From Mycoplasmoides pneumoniae FH (GTDB taxonomy: Bacteria > Bacillota_I > Bacilli_A > Mycoplasmatales > Mycoplasmoidaceae): a stretch of DNA of 32,000 bases. Location of the stretch: contig NZ_CP010546.1 of NCBI RefSeq assembly GCF_001272835.1, forward strand, positions 392,809-424,808, given 5' to 3'. Numbering within the stretch: the first letter of the stretch is position 1; the number at the start of each line of letters is the position of its first letter. The position numbers and the translations under genes were made by a program. Below, piece by piece: positions 11,189 through 21,504 of this stretch. The notes below the pieces were generated by a model. The model ran no database searches. It was given only the letters and a program-made list of their open reading frames with translations, and was not told the origin of the DNA.

Positions 11189-13336
11189 ATGGCATTTAAC
11201 ATTAGCACTCAACTCAATAAGGAACAACGAGCCGCTGTTACCTGTGGTAAGGGTGTCAACATTGTCTATTCTGGTGCTGGTACTGGTAAGACCACCATTA
11301 TTTCCCAACGCTTTGCTTATTTATTTAACCAAAAGCGAATTAATCCTAGCAACATTTTGGCGTTAACCTATACAAGGAAAGCGGCGAGTGAGATGAAGCA
11401 GCGGATTTTGGAGCTGTTACCGGAAAAGTATCATAAGGATGTCAACATTTACACCTTCCACAGCTTTTGTAGCCGTTTTTTACGTGAAGAAGGGCAAAAA
11501 AACTTTGTGATTGATGATGACTTAAGTAACTTTCTAAAAGACTTTCTCAAAGAGAGTGAACTAAAAAGTCAAAAGGTATTACAAATTATTGACGGTTTTA
11601 AAAACGCTTACTTTGATTTTGATACCAACAGCTTAAAGGATGATGAAAGATTGGTCGAGTTGTGTGAGTTTCATTTAGACCCCCAAGAGCGTAACTTTCA
11701 ACTTTTCAAAGAAACCGCTATTGCTGCTTTTGTTGAATATGAAAAAGGTAAACAACAGAACAATAAAATTGACTTTGCTGATTTATTAATTAAAACTTGC
11801 ACTTTACTGAGCAAAGATCACAAATTATTGCGCAAGTGATCGAAAAAATTTCAGTACATTTTAGGTGATGAGTTTCAAGATACCAACCAAATTCAGTATG
11901 AACTAATTAAGATGTTGGCCAGCCATCACCAAAACCTTTTTTTAGTGGGTGACAATAACCAGATGATTTACCGCTGAAGGGGCGCGGTTAGTGACATTAT
12001 TGATTCTTTAAAAAGTGATTTTAAGGTAAGACCCGAAAACGAGTTTTACATTACCCAAAACTACCGTTGTGATCAGAACATCTTAACGGTGGCAAACTCG
12101 ATTCTAGGCACCATTTATGCCAAAGAAAACCAACCTGATTCAACTAAAGGCTTTCTTTTTTCTGCCATTAAATCAAACCGGCTTCCAGTTTATTTCCAAG
12201 CCTCTTCAGTTGAAGGCCAACATTCTTGAATTATCAATAAGATTAAGAATTTACATAAAAACCATGGCATTCAATACAAAGACATGGCTATTTTGTTTCG
12301 CACCAACAGAAACATGGATTCGATGACTGAAGCGCTTGAAGCTGATGGCAGTATTCCCCTTAAGCAAAATAAGGGTTTTTTTAAACAGTTAGAGACTTTT
12401 AAAAAGGTATTAGTGGCACTCATAACTAGGTCAAACTATGACATTAAACTAGCTTTAAAAAGTTTGCGGGTTTGACCTAATGTTTTAAATAAAAGTCTCA
12501 CTGTAAACGAGCAAGTGAATTTAGATAAAATCTTGCAAAACTTAGAGCAAGCCATTTTTTTAGATGAGCATACTCGGGGTGAGTTGACGGAAGCTGCTAA
12601 AGTTTTTACGCGTTTAATTAAGTTTGTTGAAGAACAACAGTTTGAAGCTTTATTAGCCTTTACTTTTGAGGCATTAAATACTGATCAGTTTGTCTGCAAC
12701 TTTATTTTTAGAACATTGCAAAAACTGCAAACTGAAAATAAAAACTTCACCATTACCGATTTTATTAACGAGTTAAGGTTCCAACAAGATGAGTTAAAGC
12801 AGTCCAAAGATAATGTGATTAATTTAATTACAGTGCACTCTGCTAAGGGCTTGGAATTTGAAGCTGTCTTTATTTATGGGATCAATCAAGACAACTTTCC
12901 GCTCAAATCGAAGAATCAAATAATAGATCTACAAAGAGAATTGGATGAACTACGCCTTTTTTATGTGGCCTTGACAAGGGCAAAGAAATACTTGTTTTTA
13001 CTTTCAGTTTATCAAATGAGTGGTGAAATTATTTACCCCTCTAAATTCATTCGTTTTATCAATAAAGAGGATAGACTAGAAATTGCCACCATTAACCATA
13101 AAGTTCACCAGGATGATGAATTCTTCGATTCTTCTAAAACAGAAGACTATCAAAAAAAGTATTTAACAGAAAATACGGATTTTGTTAATGGTGACTCTGT
13201 TAGCCACCGTACTTATGGTAAGGGCGTTGTTGTTGAAGTTAGAGAAGATGCAGTCTGTGTCGCTTTTAAAAACAGTAAGTACGGACAGAGGTGAATTGTT
13301 AAAAATCACCGTGATTTGGTGAAGGCTGTGTATTAG
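11189..13336 (+). CDS. uvrD: UvrD/PcrA-like superfamily 1 DNA helicase
   Basis: One table-4 frame (ORFs 11189..11839, 12284..12475, 12515..13294 plus tail). [76 protein letters not shown]. PcrA-like C-terminal domain [43 protein letters not shown]. Confidence 0.94.
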
Positions 13337-13476
13337 TTATGATCTGCTATTAAAAAAGAAATTGTAATAATAAAAATGAACAAGTTTTTACCAATTTAAT
13401 AACTAAAATTAAAATCCTTATTAATTGTTAGTAATAACAACTTTCAACATAACTAAATAACTAAACTCACTATATC

Positions 13477-15108
13477 ATGGAAAAGAAACGTACTGAACAA
13501 CGTAATGGCGTTGAAAAGAAGATTTGAGAAATAGCTGATAAATTAAGGGGAACCATTGATGGATGGGACTTTAAAAGCTATGTTTTAATTGGTCTTTTTT
13601 ACCGTTTTCTTTCCGAAAACCTATGCAAATATTTTAACGATTCTGAAAGAAGGAATAATCCTGATTTTAGTTACGAAAATTTAACAGATGATTATGAAGC
13701 AATTGATGCATTAAAAGATGCTGCCATTGCAAGTAAAGGCTTTTTTATTAAGCCATCTCAGCTTTTTCAAAATGTTGTTAAAAGTATTCGTGAAAATAAA
13801 AATAACGAAGATCTAAATACAACTTTGCGCGATATCTTCGATGATATTGAAAAGTCTACTGAACTAGGTGATGGAAGAAGTAAAGAATCCTTTAAAGGTC
13901 TTTTCAAAGACTTTAATGTTTCTGAGGTTAAGTTAGGTTCTACTTTAACGATCCGAACAGAGAAATTAAAAGAACTTTTAACAAGCATTGACACAATGGA
14001 GCTCGATGAATTTGAGAAAAATTCTATCGATGCATTTGGTGATGCATATGAGTTTTTAATTTCCATGTATGCACAAAATGCTGGAAAAAGTGGGGGTGAG
14101 TTTTTTACACCCCAAGATGTATCTGAACTTCTCGCTAGAATTGCGATTGGCAAAAAGGACACCGTTGATGATGTTTATGACATGGCTTGTGGCAGTGGTT
14201 CTTTACTTTTACAAGTAATTAAAGTTTTAGGTAAAGAAAAAACTTCACTGGTTAGCTATTACGGTCAGGAAATAAACCACACAACTTACAACCTTTGTCG
14301 GATGAATATGATTCTCCACAATATTGATTACGCTAATTTCAATATTATTAACGCTGATACTTTAACAACGAAGGAGTGGGAGAAGCATTACGTAAATTGC
14401 TCAAATGAAAATGGGTTTGAAGTTGTGGTTTCCAATCCACCATATTCCATTAGTTGAGCTGGTGATAAAAAATCCAATTTAGTAAGTGACGTTCGTTTTA
14501 AAGATGCAGGGACATTGGCACCTAATTCAAAAGCTGATTTAGCTTTTGTTTTACATGCTCTATATGTATTAGGTCAAGAAGGTACAGCAGCAATTGTTTG
14601 TTTCCCTGGAATCTTGTACCGTGAAGGTAAAGAGCAAACCATTAGAAAATACCTAGTTGATCAAAACTTTGTTGATGCAGTGATCCAATTACCAAGTAAT
14701 CTTTTTAGCACAACATCAATCGCTACTTCAATTCTTGTTCTCAAGAAAAATCGTGATAAAAAAGATCCCATTTTCTTCATTGATGGTTCTAACGAATTTG
14801 TTAGAGAAAAGAAGAATAACCGCTTAAGTCCAAAAAATATTGAAAAGATTGTTGATTGCTTTAATAGCAAAAAAGAAGAAGCTAATTTTGCAAAGGCGGT
14901 TGAAAGGGACAAAATTAGGGAATCTAACTACGACCTTACAGTAGGTAAATACGTAAACTCAGAGGCTGAAAAGGAAGAATTAGATATTAAGGTTTTGAAT
15001 CACTCTATTGATGAAATAGTAGATAAACAAAAAGATCTAAGAACTAAAATTAAGGATATTATTCAGGATATCAAAGTAGATTTTGACAACATTGATATTA
15101 ATAACTAG
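13477..15108 (+). CDS. hsdM: Type I restriction-modification system methyltransferase subunit HsdM
   Basis: ATG 13477 (MEKKRTEQRNGVEKKIWEIADKLRGTIDGWDFKSYVLIGLFYRFLSE). SAM-binding motif DMACGSGSLLLQ, catalytic NPPYSISW, QNAGKSGGEFFTPQDVSELLARI. Single frame with TGA=Trp to TAG 15108. Confidence 0.96.
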
Positions 15109-15177
15109 TTGATAATAAAGCAATTCTTTGTTAATTTACAAGAATTTAAAAACTAATAAATTAATTTCATTATTGTT

Positions 15178-16299
15178 GTGCAAATTAAAACTTACAAAAT
15201 CAAGGATATTTGCGAGATCTCAAGAGGCAAAGCAATTACTAAAAAATACATTAAGGATAATCCTGGTCAATATCCGGTTTATTCATCTACTACTGCTAAT
15301 AACGGTGAAATTGGCAGAATAAAGGATTACGATCTTGATGGCGAATACGTTACCTGAACTACAGATGGTATATATGCAGGTACTGTTTTTTATCGTAACG
15401 AAAAGTTTAATGCTTCTCAGCACTGCGGTGTTTTAAAACTTAAAAATAACGAAATAAGTGCTAAGTTTTTAACTTATGCATTAGGAATGGAGGCTCCTAA
15501 ATTTGTTAATAATGCTTGTCCTATTCCTAACCTCAATTTATCAAGAACTGAGGAAATTGAATTAGATTTCCCACCCTTGCAAATTCAGCAGAAAATTGCT
15601 ACTATCTTAGATACTTTTACCGAGCTAAGCGCCGAGCTAAGAGAGCGAAAGAAGCAGTATGCCTTCTATCGCGATTATCTGCTCAACCAAGAAAATATCC
15701 GAAAAATTTACGGAGCAAATATACCTTTCGAAACTTTTCAAGTAAAGGATATTTGTGAAATTAGAAGAGGTCGAGCGATAACTAAAGCGTATATTAGGAA
15801 TAATCCTGGAGAAAATCCAGTTTATTCCGCAGCTACCACAAATGATGGTGAGTTAGGACGTATTAAAGATTGCGATTTTGATGGTGAATACATCACTTGA
15901 ACTACAAATGGTTATGCTGGAGTAGTTTTTTATCGTAATGGCAAGTTTAATGCATCACAAGATTGCGGTGTTTTAAAGGTTAAAAATAAAAAAATCTGCA
16001 CCAAATTCCTATCCTTTTTATTAAAGATAGAAGCACCAAAATTCGTTCATAATCTAGCTTCAAGACCAAAACTAAGCCAAAAAGTAATGGCTGAAATTGA
16101 ACTCTCTTTTCCACCTCTAGAAATTCAAGAAAAGATTGCTGATATTCTCTTTGCCTTTGAAAAACTTTGCAATGATTTAGTAGAAGGTATTCCTGCCGAA
16201 ATTGAATTGCGTAAAAAGCAATTGGATTACTATCAGAATTTCTTATTTAATTGAGTGCAAGAACAAAAGAAGAACTCACTTTCTACTAATCTAAATTAA
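15178..16299 (+). CDS. hsdS: Type I restriction-modification specificity subunit HsdS (two TRDs, two conserved regions)
   Basis: GTG 15178 (exact start uncertain, ATT 15172 possible). Two tandem halves: YKIKDICEISRGKAITKKYIKDNPGQYPVYSS... and FQVKDICEIRRGRAITKAYIRNNPGENPVYSA.... Conserved helices LDTFTELSAELRERKKQYAFYRDYLL and LFAFEKLCNDLVEGIPAEIELRKKQLDYYQNFLF. Stop TAA 16297-16299. Confidence 0.93.
15616..15660 (+). repeat. Short repeat encoding (T/A)-E-L-(S) in the central conserved region of HsdS (GAGCTAAGCGCC + GAGCTAAGA)
   Basis: 15622-15633 gagctaagcgcc followed by 15634-15642 gagctaaga, coding TELSAELRE between the two TRDs; analogous to the TAEL spacer repeats of the EcoR124 family. 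Confidence 0.7.
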
Positions 16300-16505
16300 A
16301 GGTTATTTCTTAACCTTTGAGAGTTTCTTTAATTAAAAAAGAAATTTCTTAATTTTGTTGACATTTCTAATTAAGCCGTTCAATTTATTTAGTGTAAAGA
16401 GCGCATATGCATTACACATATAAATTGAAAATCGGGCACTTGTTAAATTTAGCTCAATTCTTATACAAAATTGAACGTTTTAGTTATTTTTTAGATTCTC
16501 CAAAG

Positions 16506-16514
16506 AAAGGAGGG
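16506..16514 (+). promoter_or_regulatory. Strong Shine-Dalgarno (AAAGGAGGG) 7 nt upstream of the DUF16 gene
   Basis: aaaggaggg-attttttt-atg at 16506-16524. Confidence 0.75.
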
Positions 16515-16521
16515 ATTTTTT

Positions 16522-17172
16522 ATGCCTAAAATTATTTCTAAACGAGAATTCAACATTCTTAGAAAAACAAAAGAAGAAATCTTTTCTCAAATTGTTTACA
16601 CTAAGAAGAGAAACGGTCTGCACAAGGCTGCCAAAGAATATTACTTCAAGGACAAAGACTTTACAATAATAGAAGATCAACAGGATCGACCTGATAAACC
16701 TGAGGAACTGGACACACCGGATATTCCAAAGCCACCAAAACCTCCCAAGGGTCCTGATCAACCCGAGGAACCAGGCCAACCAGGTGGTCCCGATGATCCT
16801 AATTCAGGAAATAAAAAGATGCCAAAGCCAGACGAATTTGTAACCCACAGACAACTTCAAGAATTTAAGAAGGATCTTTTAGTGGAACTTCACGAAATCT
16901 TTCCTACAAAACCTGAATTAAAACGGGTTGAAGAAAAAGTTGATGTTCTGTTTGAACTTCAAAAAGCTCAGGGTGAACAAATAAGAATCCAAGGTGAACA
17001 AATCAAAGAACTGAAAGTGGAGCAAAAAGCCCAGGGCGAAACCCTACAGCTAATCTTGCAAACACTACAAAAGATGAACGATCGTCTGGATAAGATCGAA
17101 GGTAAAATGGACAAAATGGAAAGTAGAATGGATAAAATGGAAACTCGCTTAGACAAACTAGAGTCCAAATAA
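16522..17172 (+). CDS. DUF16 family protein (UPF0134 type) with a proline-rich linker and C-terminal coiled coil
   Basis: [22 protein letters not shown] core, Pro-rich [29 protein letters not shown]-terminal heptads [21 protein letters not shown]. Confidence 0.92.
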   Translation: MPKIISKREFNILRKTKEEIFSQIVYTKKRNGLHKAAKEYYFKDKDFTIIEDQQDRPDKPEELDTPDIPKPPKPPKGPDQPEEPGQPGGPDDPNSGNKKMPKPDEFVTHRQLQEFKKDLLVELHEIFPTKPELKRVEEKVDVLFELQKAQGEQIRIQGEQIKELKVEQKAQGETLQLILQTLQKMNDRLDKIEGKMDKMESRMDKMETRLDKLESK

Positions 17173-17355
17173 ATCTAATTGAAATAAGAATAACAGCAGT
17201 TAATTTTTAGGTTAGCACGTTGCTAATTTATTCATAAAAGAAGAACTATTATTAGTTATTTATTCAGCTTCTTCAGTGGTCTTTAAAGAAATATTAGTAT
17301 TTAATAAAAAAATTTATTGTTGTTAAAGTTTAAACTCTAGTATTTCTTATTTATC

Positions 17356-17393
17356 ATTAAGTTATTTAATTAACATTAAGTTATTTAATTAAC
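17356..17393 (+). repeat. Two perfect tandem copies of a 19-bp unit (attaagttatttaattaac) plus degenerate partial copy, in the hsdR leader
   Basis: 17356-17374 and 17375-17393 identical, followed by ttatttaac ttaat, ending ~10 nt before ATG 17414. Confidence 0.85.
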
Positions 17394-17413
17394 TTATTTA
17401 ACTTAATCTTCAC

Positions 17414-18736
17414 ATGGAAAAACTGGATTTTTTAAAGATAAAAAAAGATTGAACTGTACCAGTTGAATATCAACCTAGTGATCAAAAAATAGAGTGACAA
17501 TCTTCAAGAAAAATAGTTCAAAATTTAAAAAACAAACTTTTATCCTTGGGTTATGAAGATATTAGCAAGGGTTTTGACGAAATTCCTAAATTCTTAGAGA
17601 AAAATTTAAGAAATCAACTTAGCTTATTAAACGATTTTCAATTTTCCGATAGAGAGTGATCAGATTTTTTAAATAACTTTATTTTTCAATTAGGTGACGG
17701 CAAAAAAGGAAGAATTGAAAAAATCCAAAAAGGTGAGCTTTATGAACTAAAAGATGAAAATGACAGAATCATTAAAAATGTTCGTTTAGTAAATAAAAGA
17801 GAACTATCTAAAAATAAATTGCAATTTATTTGCCAAGATGAAAGGAATGAGGTTATTATATTCATCAATGGCCTTCCTTTTGTTTTAATAAGTATCTTTG
17901 AATTTAATTCACCACTTCAATCAAGCTTTCAAGCATGAAAAATTATTAATTCCCTAATAGATGACGAAAAATTTAAAAAGTTTTCCGATTACTTGCACCT
18001 TTTTGTTTGAACAAACGCAAAGGAAACAAGATACTGCTCAATAACAACATGGGATAACCTTAAAGAAAAAAGGAAATCAGTAAGAGGATTGTCAAACTCT
18101 TCTTTTAAAAGTTTGATGAGATGAAGTGACTCTGAAAACAATAAAATCGACTATATTGAAGACTTTGCAACTCATTTTTTAAACAAAAACGCCTTATTAA
18201 ACGTTATTTGTAAATTTTGTGTGTTCAGGTCAAATAGTGATCTTTGAGTTATGCGTCCTTACCAAATATGCGCAACTGAAAGAATTTTAGAAAAAATAAA
18301 AGAAGACAATAGGAACAGTAAAAACTCTAAAAATGCAAGTAAGGGCGGCTGTATTTGACACTCAACCGGAAGTGGTAAAACACTAACTTCTTTTAAAGCT
18401 GTTCAATTGGCTAGTGAAATAGACTTTGTTGATAAAGTCCTTTTCGTTGTTGACAGGAAAGACTTGGACAACCAAACGATCGAAGAATATGAAAAGTTTC
18501 AAGCGGGTTCTGTTAGCGAAACTGAGAACACAAATGATCTTAAAGAAAAGATATTAGACGATAGTACCGCCACACGTGCAATTGTTACTACTATTCATAA
18601 ACTTAAGAGGTTAATAGATCAGAGAAGTAAGCTTAAAGACGAAGATCTTAAAAAGAAAAACATCGTTCTTATATTCGATGAATGTCATCGATCTCAATTT
18701 GGAAAAATGAAACAAGAAATCGATGAGTTTTTTTAA
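17414..18736 (+). pseudogene. hsdR: Type I restriction subunit HsdR, N-terminal fragment (nuclease-like region and first helicase motifs)
   Basis: MEKLDFLKIKKDWTVPVEYQPSDQ...NEVIIFINGLPFVLISIFEF...[23 protein letters not shown]...IVLIFDECHRSQFGKMKQEIDEFF* terminated by in-frame TAA 18734-18736. Confidence 0.93.
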
Positions 18737-19213
18737 AATGGGATTTTATTTGGCTTTACTGGAACGCCTATTTTTGAAAGTGAATATTCAGACAAGAATC
18801 AAACTCTAGAGAACCAGCAAAAGACAACTAGAAGTAAATTTGGTGAAATTATTCATACCTATACAATGTCTGATGCTTTGGATGACGAAAATGTACTTTG
18901 TTTTAGGTATAAGAGTTATTACATTAAAGATGATGGAAGCCGAATTGATACATTAAATGAAGAGAGAATTAAGCATATTGTTGATTTCACTTTAGATAAA
19001 TATCTAGATGCAACACAAAATACTCCGAAATTTGATAATTTTGAAAATCCTGTAAAAGAAGGGTTTAATTCGATTTTTGCCTGTGAGAGTAAAGAAGCAG
19101 CAATCGAATACTATAAAGAATTCAAAAAACAAATTGAACAAAAGAAGCTACCAATTAAAATTGCAAGCATTATAGCGCAAACGAAGGTAGTGATGAACAA
19201 GAAATTAGTGTAA
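18737..19213 (+). pseudogene. hsdR: HsdR, middle fragment (helicase motif III region)
   Basis: Same frame directly after TAA 18734-18736: NGILFGFTGTPIFESEYSDKNQTLENQQKTTRSKFGEIIHTYTMSDALDDENVLCFRY...; ends at TAA 19211 only after an apparent 1-nt deletion. First in-frame ATG is at 18866. Confidence 0.85.
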
Positions 19214-20550
19214 AAGGTCTTGATAAATCCTCAAAGAGTTTTCTAAGTCAAATCATTTCTGATTACAACGAAACCTTTCAAACAAACTTTAGCATTAACA
19301 ATCTAGATGAATATTACAAAAATGTTTCTGATAGATTAAAGCCAAAAAAGACAAAAAATTTAGATGGTGAAAATAAAAACACAAATGGCTGAGAAATCGA
19401 CATTTTAATTGTTGTTAACATGTTCTTAACTGGTTTTGATGCACCAACCCTTAATACACTTTGAGTAGATAAGAATTTAAGCGAACACACTTTAATCCAA
19501 GCTTTTTCAAGAACTAATAGATGTTTTGGAGAAACTAAAAAATTCGGAAACATTTTTAGCTTTAGAGATATAAGAGAAAACTTCGATCAAGCTCTAAAAA
19601 TGTACGCAGACAAGCGTGGTCTTAAGGATATAAGATCCAACATGGTTATGCGAGAATTTGAGGAAGTTTTTGAAAAATTCAAAGATTGAACCGAGAAAAT
19701 AAAACAAAAATACCCAAATCCAGATGAAATTCTTAATTTAGAAAAAGAAGAAAAGTGAGATTTTTCTGATCTTTTTGGTGAATTTCTTGGAGATTACAGA
19801 ACTGTAAAAAGCTATCATGAATTCGACAAAGACAACCCTTATCTTCCAAGTGATGAATTCAATAAATATTTTGCTGCGTTTTCTCAAATTCAAGAAGAAA
19901 TAAGGAAAGAAAAGGCAGAGAAAAAAGCGCTAGAAGTACAAGAAGAAGATTTATCAAATGAAGTACGAAAAGAACCGCAAATCTTTTCTTGAGAATATGG
20001 TGAGGGTATTCAAGCCAATTTAGATTACATTTTTCATCTAATTAAGGATCTCTATAATTGTGATAATGAGCAAGATAGACAAAAAGTATTAGACAAAATT
20101 AAGACTGCAATTAGAACAAATCCAGAGATTCAAGTGAATGAAGATATTCTTAATGAATTTATAGAGGACTTAGGGAAGTCGTTCGAGAAAGAAAAACTTG
20201 AAGAAGTTTGAAAAACAGAAGGTAAATTACGTGAGTGTTTAAAGGATTTCTGTAAAAAGAAGGAAGAAAGCAATAAGAAAAAAATTATTAATGACTTTTT
20301 AGTTAAAGGAGTTTTCCTTGTTGAATGAGTAGCTGATAAACAACTAAATACAGCTAAAAAGAAAGGTGAATACAGTCCTTCTTGATCTGATACAGAAAAA
20401 TTAATTTGAAAAGAAAAATCAACCAATCTTCCAACTATGACAGAAAAAGATGAAGATGGCAATTTCAAGTGAAGAAAATTAATTACAGATATCTCGGAAG
20501 CTTTTAAAAATCACTTCGAAAGATTTATCCGCTTTGTTGAAATTAGATAG
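19171..20550 (+). pseudogene. hsdR: HsdR, C-terminal fragment (helicase motifs V/VI and C-terminal domain), shifted by one nucleotide
   Basis: Frame open 19171..20550 in table 4: YSANEGSDEQEISVKGLDKSSKSFLSQII...[44 protein letters not shown]...HFERFIRFVEIR*. Confidence 0.88.
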
Positions 20551-20595
20551 TTTTAAATTATTATCTATAAATCAGGTTTTCAACCATAGATTACT

Positions 20596-20730
20596 ATGGA
20601 AAAGAAAAATAAAAAAAATACTGCAACCGTTCCCACCAAAGAACAATTGGATGGCATGTTTAAATCTCTTGAAAAAGAAGAGAACTATGATGTCTTTGTT
20701 CAAGTCATAAAAGCTTTAGGTAAGATGTAG
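20596..20730 (+). CDS. 44-aa small protein, possible antitoxin/partner of the downstream Fic/Doc-like gene
   Basis: ATG 20596: MEKKNKKNTATVPTKEQLDGMFKSLEKEENYDVFVQVIKALGKM*, TAG 20728-20730, 2 nt before the next start codon. Not in the supplied ORF track (below length cut-off). Confidence 0.6.
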   Translation: MEKKNKKNTATVPTKEQLDGMFKSLEKEENYDVFVQVIKALGKM

Positions 20731-20732
20731 TT

Positions 20733-21467
20733 GTGCGTGAAATAAACGTTTATTATTTAAGCAACGACTCAAAAAGTGATAAAGACGATATCGATTATTT
20801 AATAGAAGAACTTTTAGTTGAAGGTTCTCGTTTTAAAAATAGTCTTGTTACGTTTTTAGAAAAAGAAAAAGACTGCCAATCTTGCATTTGTTTATTTAAA
20901 TCTAAGCTTTCTTCTTCATTCGAAATAAGAGTCAAATTTAATGAATTAAATTTAGATGCAAGTGATGAAAAAACTAAGGAATTTTTAAGATACATAGTTA
21001 GTAAATCAATAAACAATGCAAAATTCCTATCTTCTGAAGACTTTGATGACAAAAAAGAAGACGAAATTCTAAGCATCATTGAGAATACCTTTAATAGTTA
21101 TTGCTACAAAAGCGATTTACTAAGTCCAAGTTTGTATTGTAAAGAAGGCCGCTTGAACATAATTGATTTAATTAACGATATTTTTTGCAAGGTTTTAACT
21201 TTTCATAAATTGTCGAACGGAAATAAAAGACTAGCTACAGCCTTATTAGTTAATTTTCTTTACACTTTTGGATATTATTTCAAATGAACAATACCTCTTA
21301 AAAAAGAGGAATACTTTAAGTATGCTCACATGATCAAAAACTTTGTAGTTAGTTTTGAAGAACATAAAAGAGAAAACAGGGATGAATTTCTAGCAAAGCA
21401 AACAAAGAAATTTATCATGGACAACATCCTTTTAGCTCTCAATTTTTGAGAGACTAAATTAAATTAG
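20733..21467 (+). CDS. Fic/Doc-like domain protein
   Basis: GTG 20733, only start after upstream in-frame TAA at 20721. Read-through of TGA 21285 extends to TAG 21465-21467 (244 aa). Contains FHKLSNGNKRLATALLVNFLYTFGYYF, resembling Doc/Fic HxFx(D/N)(A/G)NKR. Confidence 0.75.
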
Positions 21468-21504
21468 TTTTTCTAAAAAACAACAATTAGCTAAGAAAAG
21501 TTAT

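Noticed and set aside
13340-13476. AT-rich gap upstream of hsdM as a promoter with defined -10/-35
   Set aside because: Several TA-rich hexamers fit equally well; no single promoter can be supported without TSS data.
15736-16040. Second half of hsdS as a separate duplicated specificity gene
   Set aside because: It is in one continuous frame with the first half and corresponds to TRD2/CR2 of a normal full-length HsdS.
18726-18740. T7-A4 tract at the hsdR TAA considered as programmed frameshifting or transcriptional slippage
   Set aside because: The sequence before and after the TAA is in the same frame, so a +1 or -1 shift would not restore the protein; a point change is simpler.
20596-20730. 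44-aa ORF as a VbhA-type Fic antitoxin with the (S/T)xxxE(G/N) inhibitory motif
   Set aside because: The nearest match SLEKEEN does not fit the motif strictly (S at 0, E at +4, but E not G/N at +5), so a VbhA-type assignment is not claimed; only the operon-like position is.
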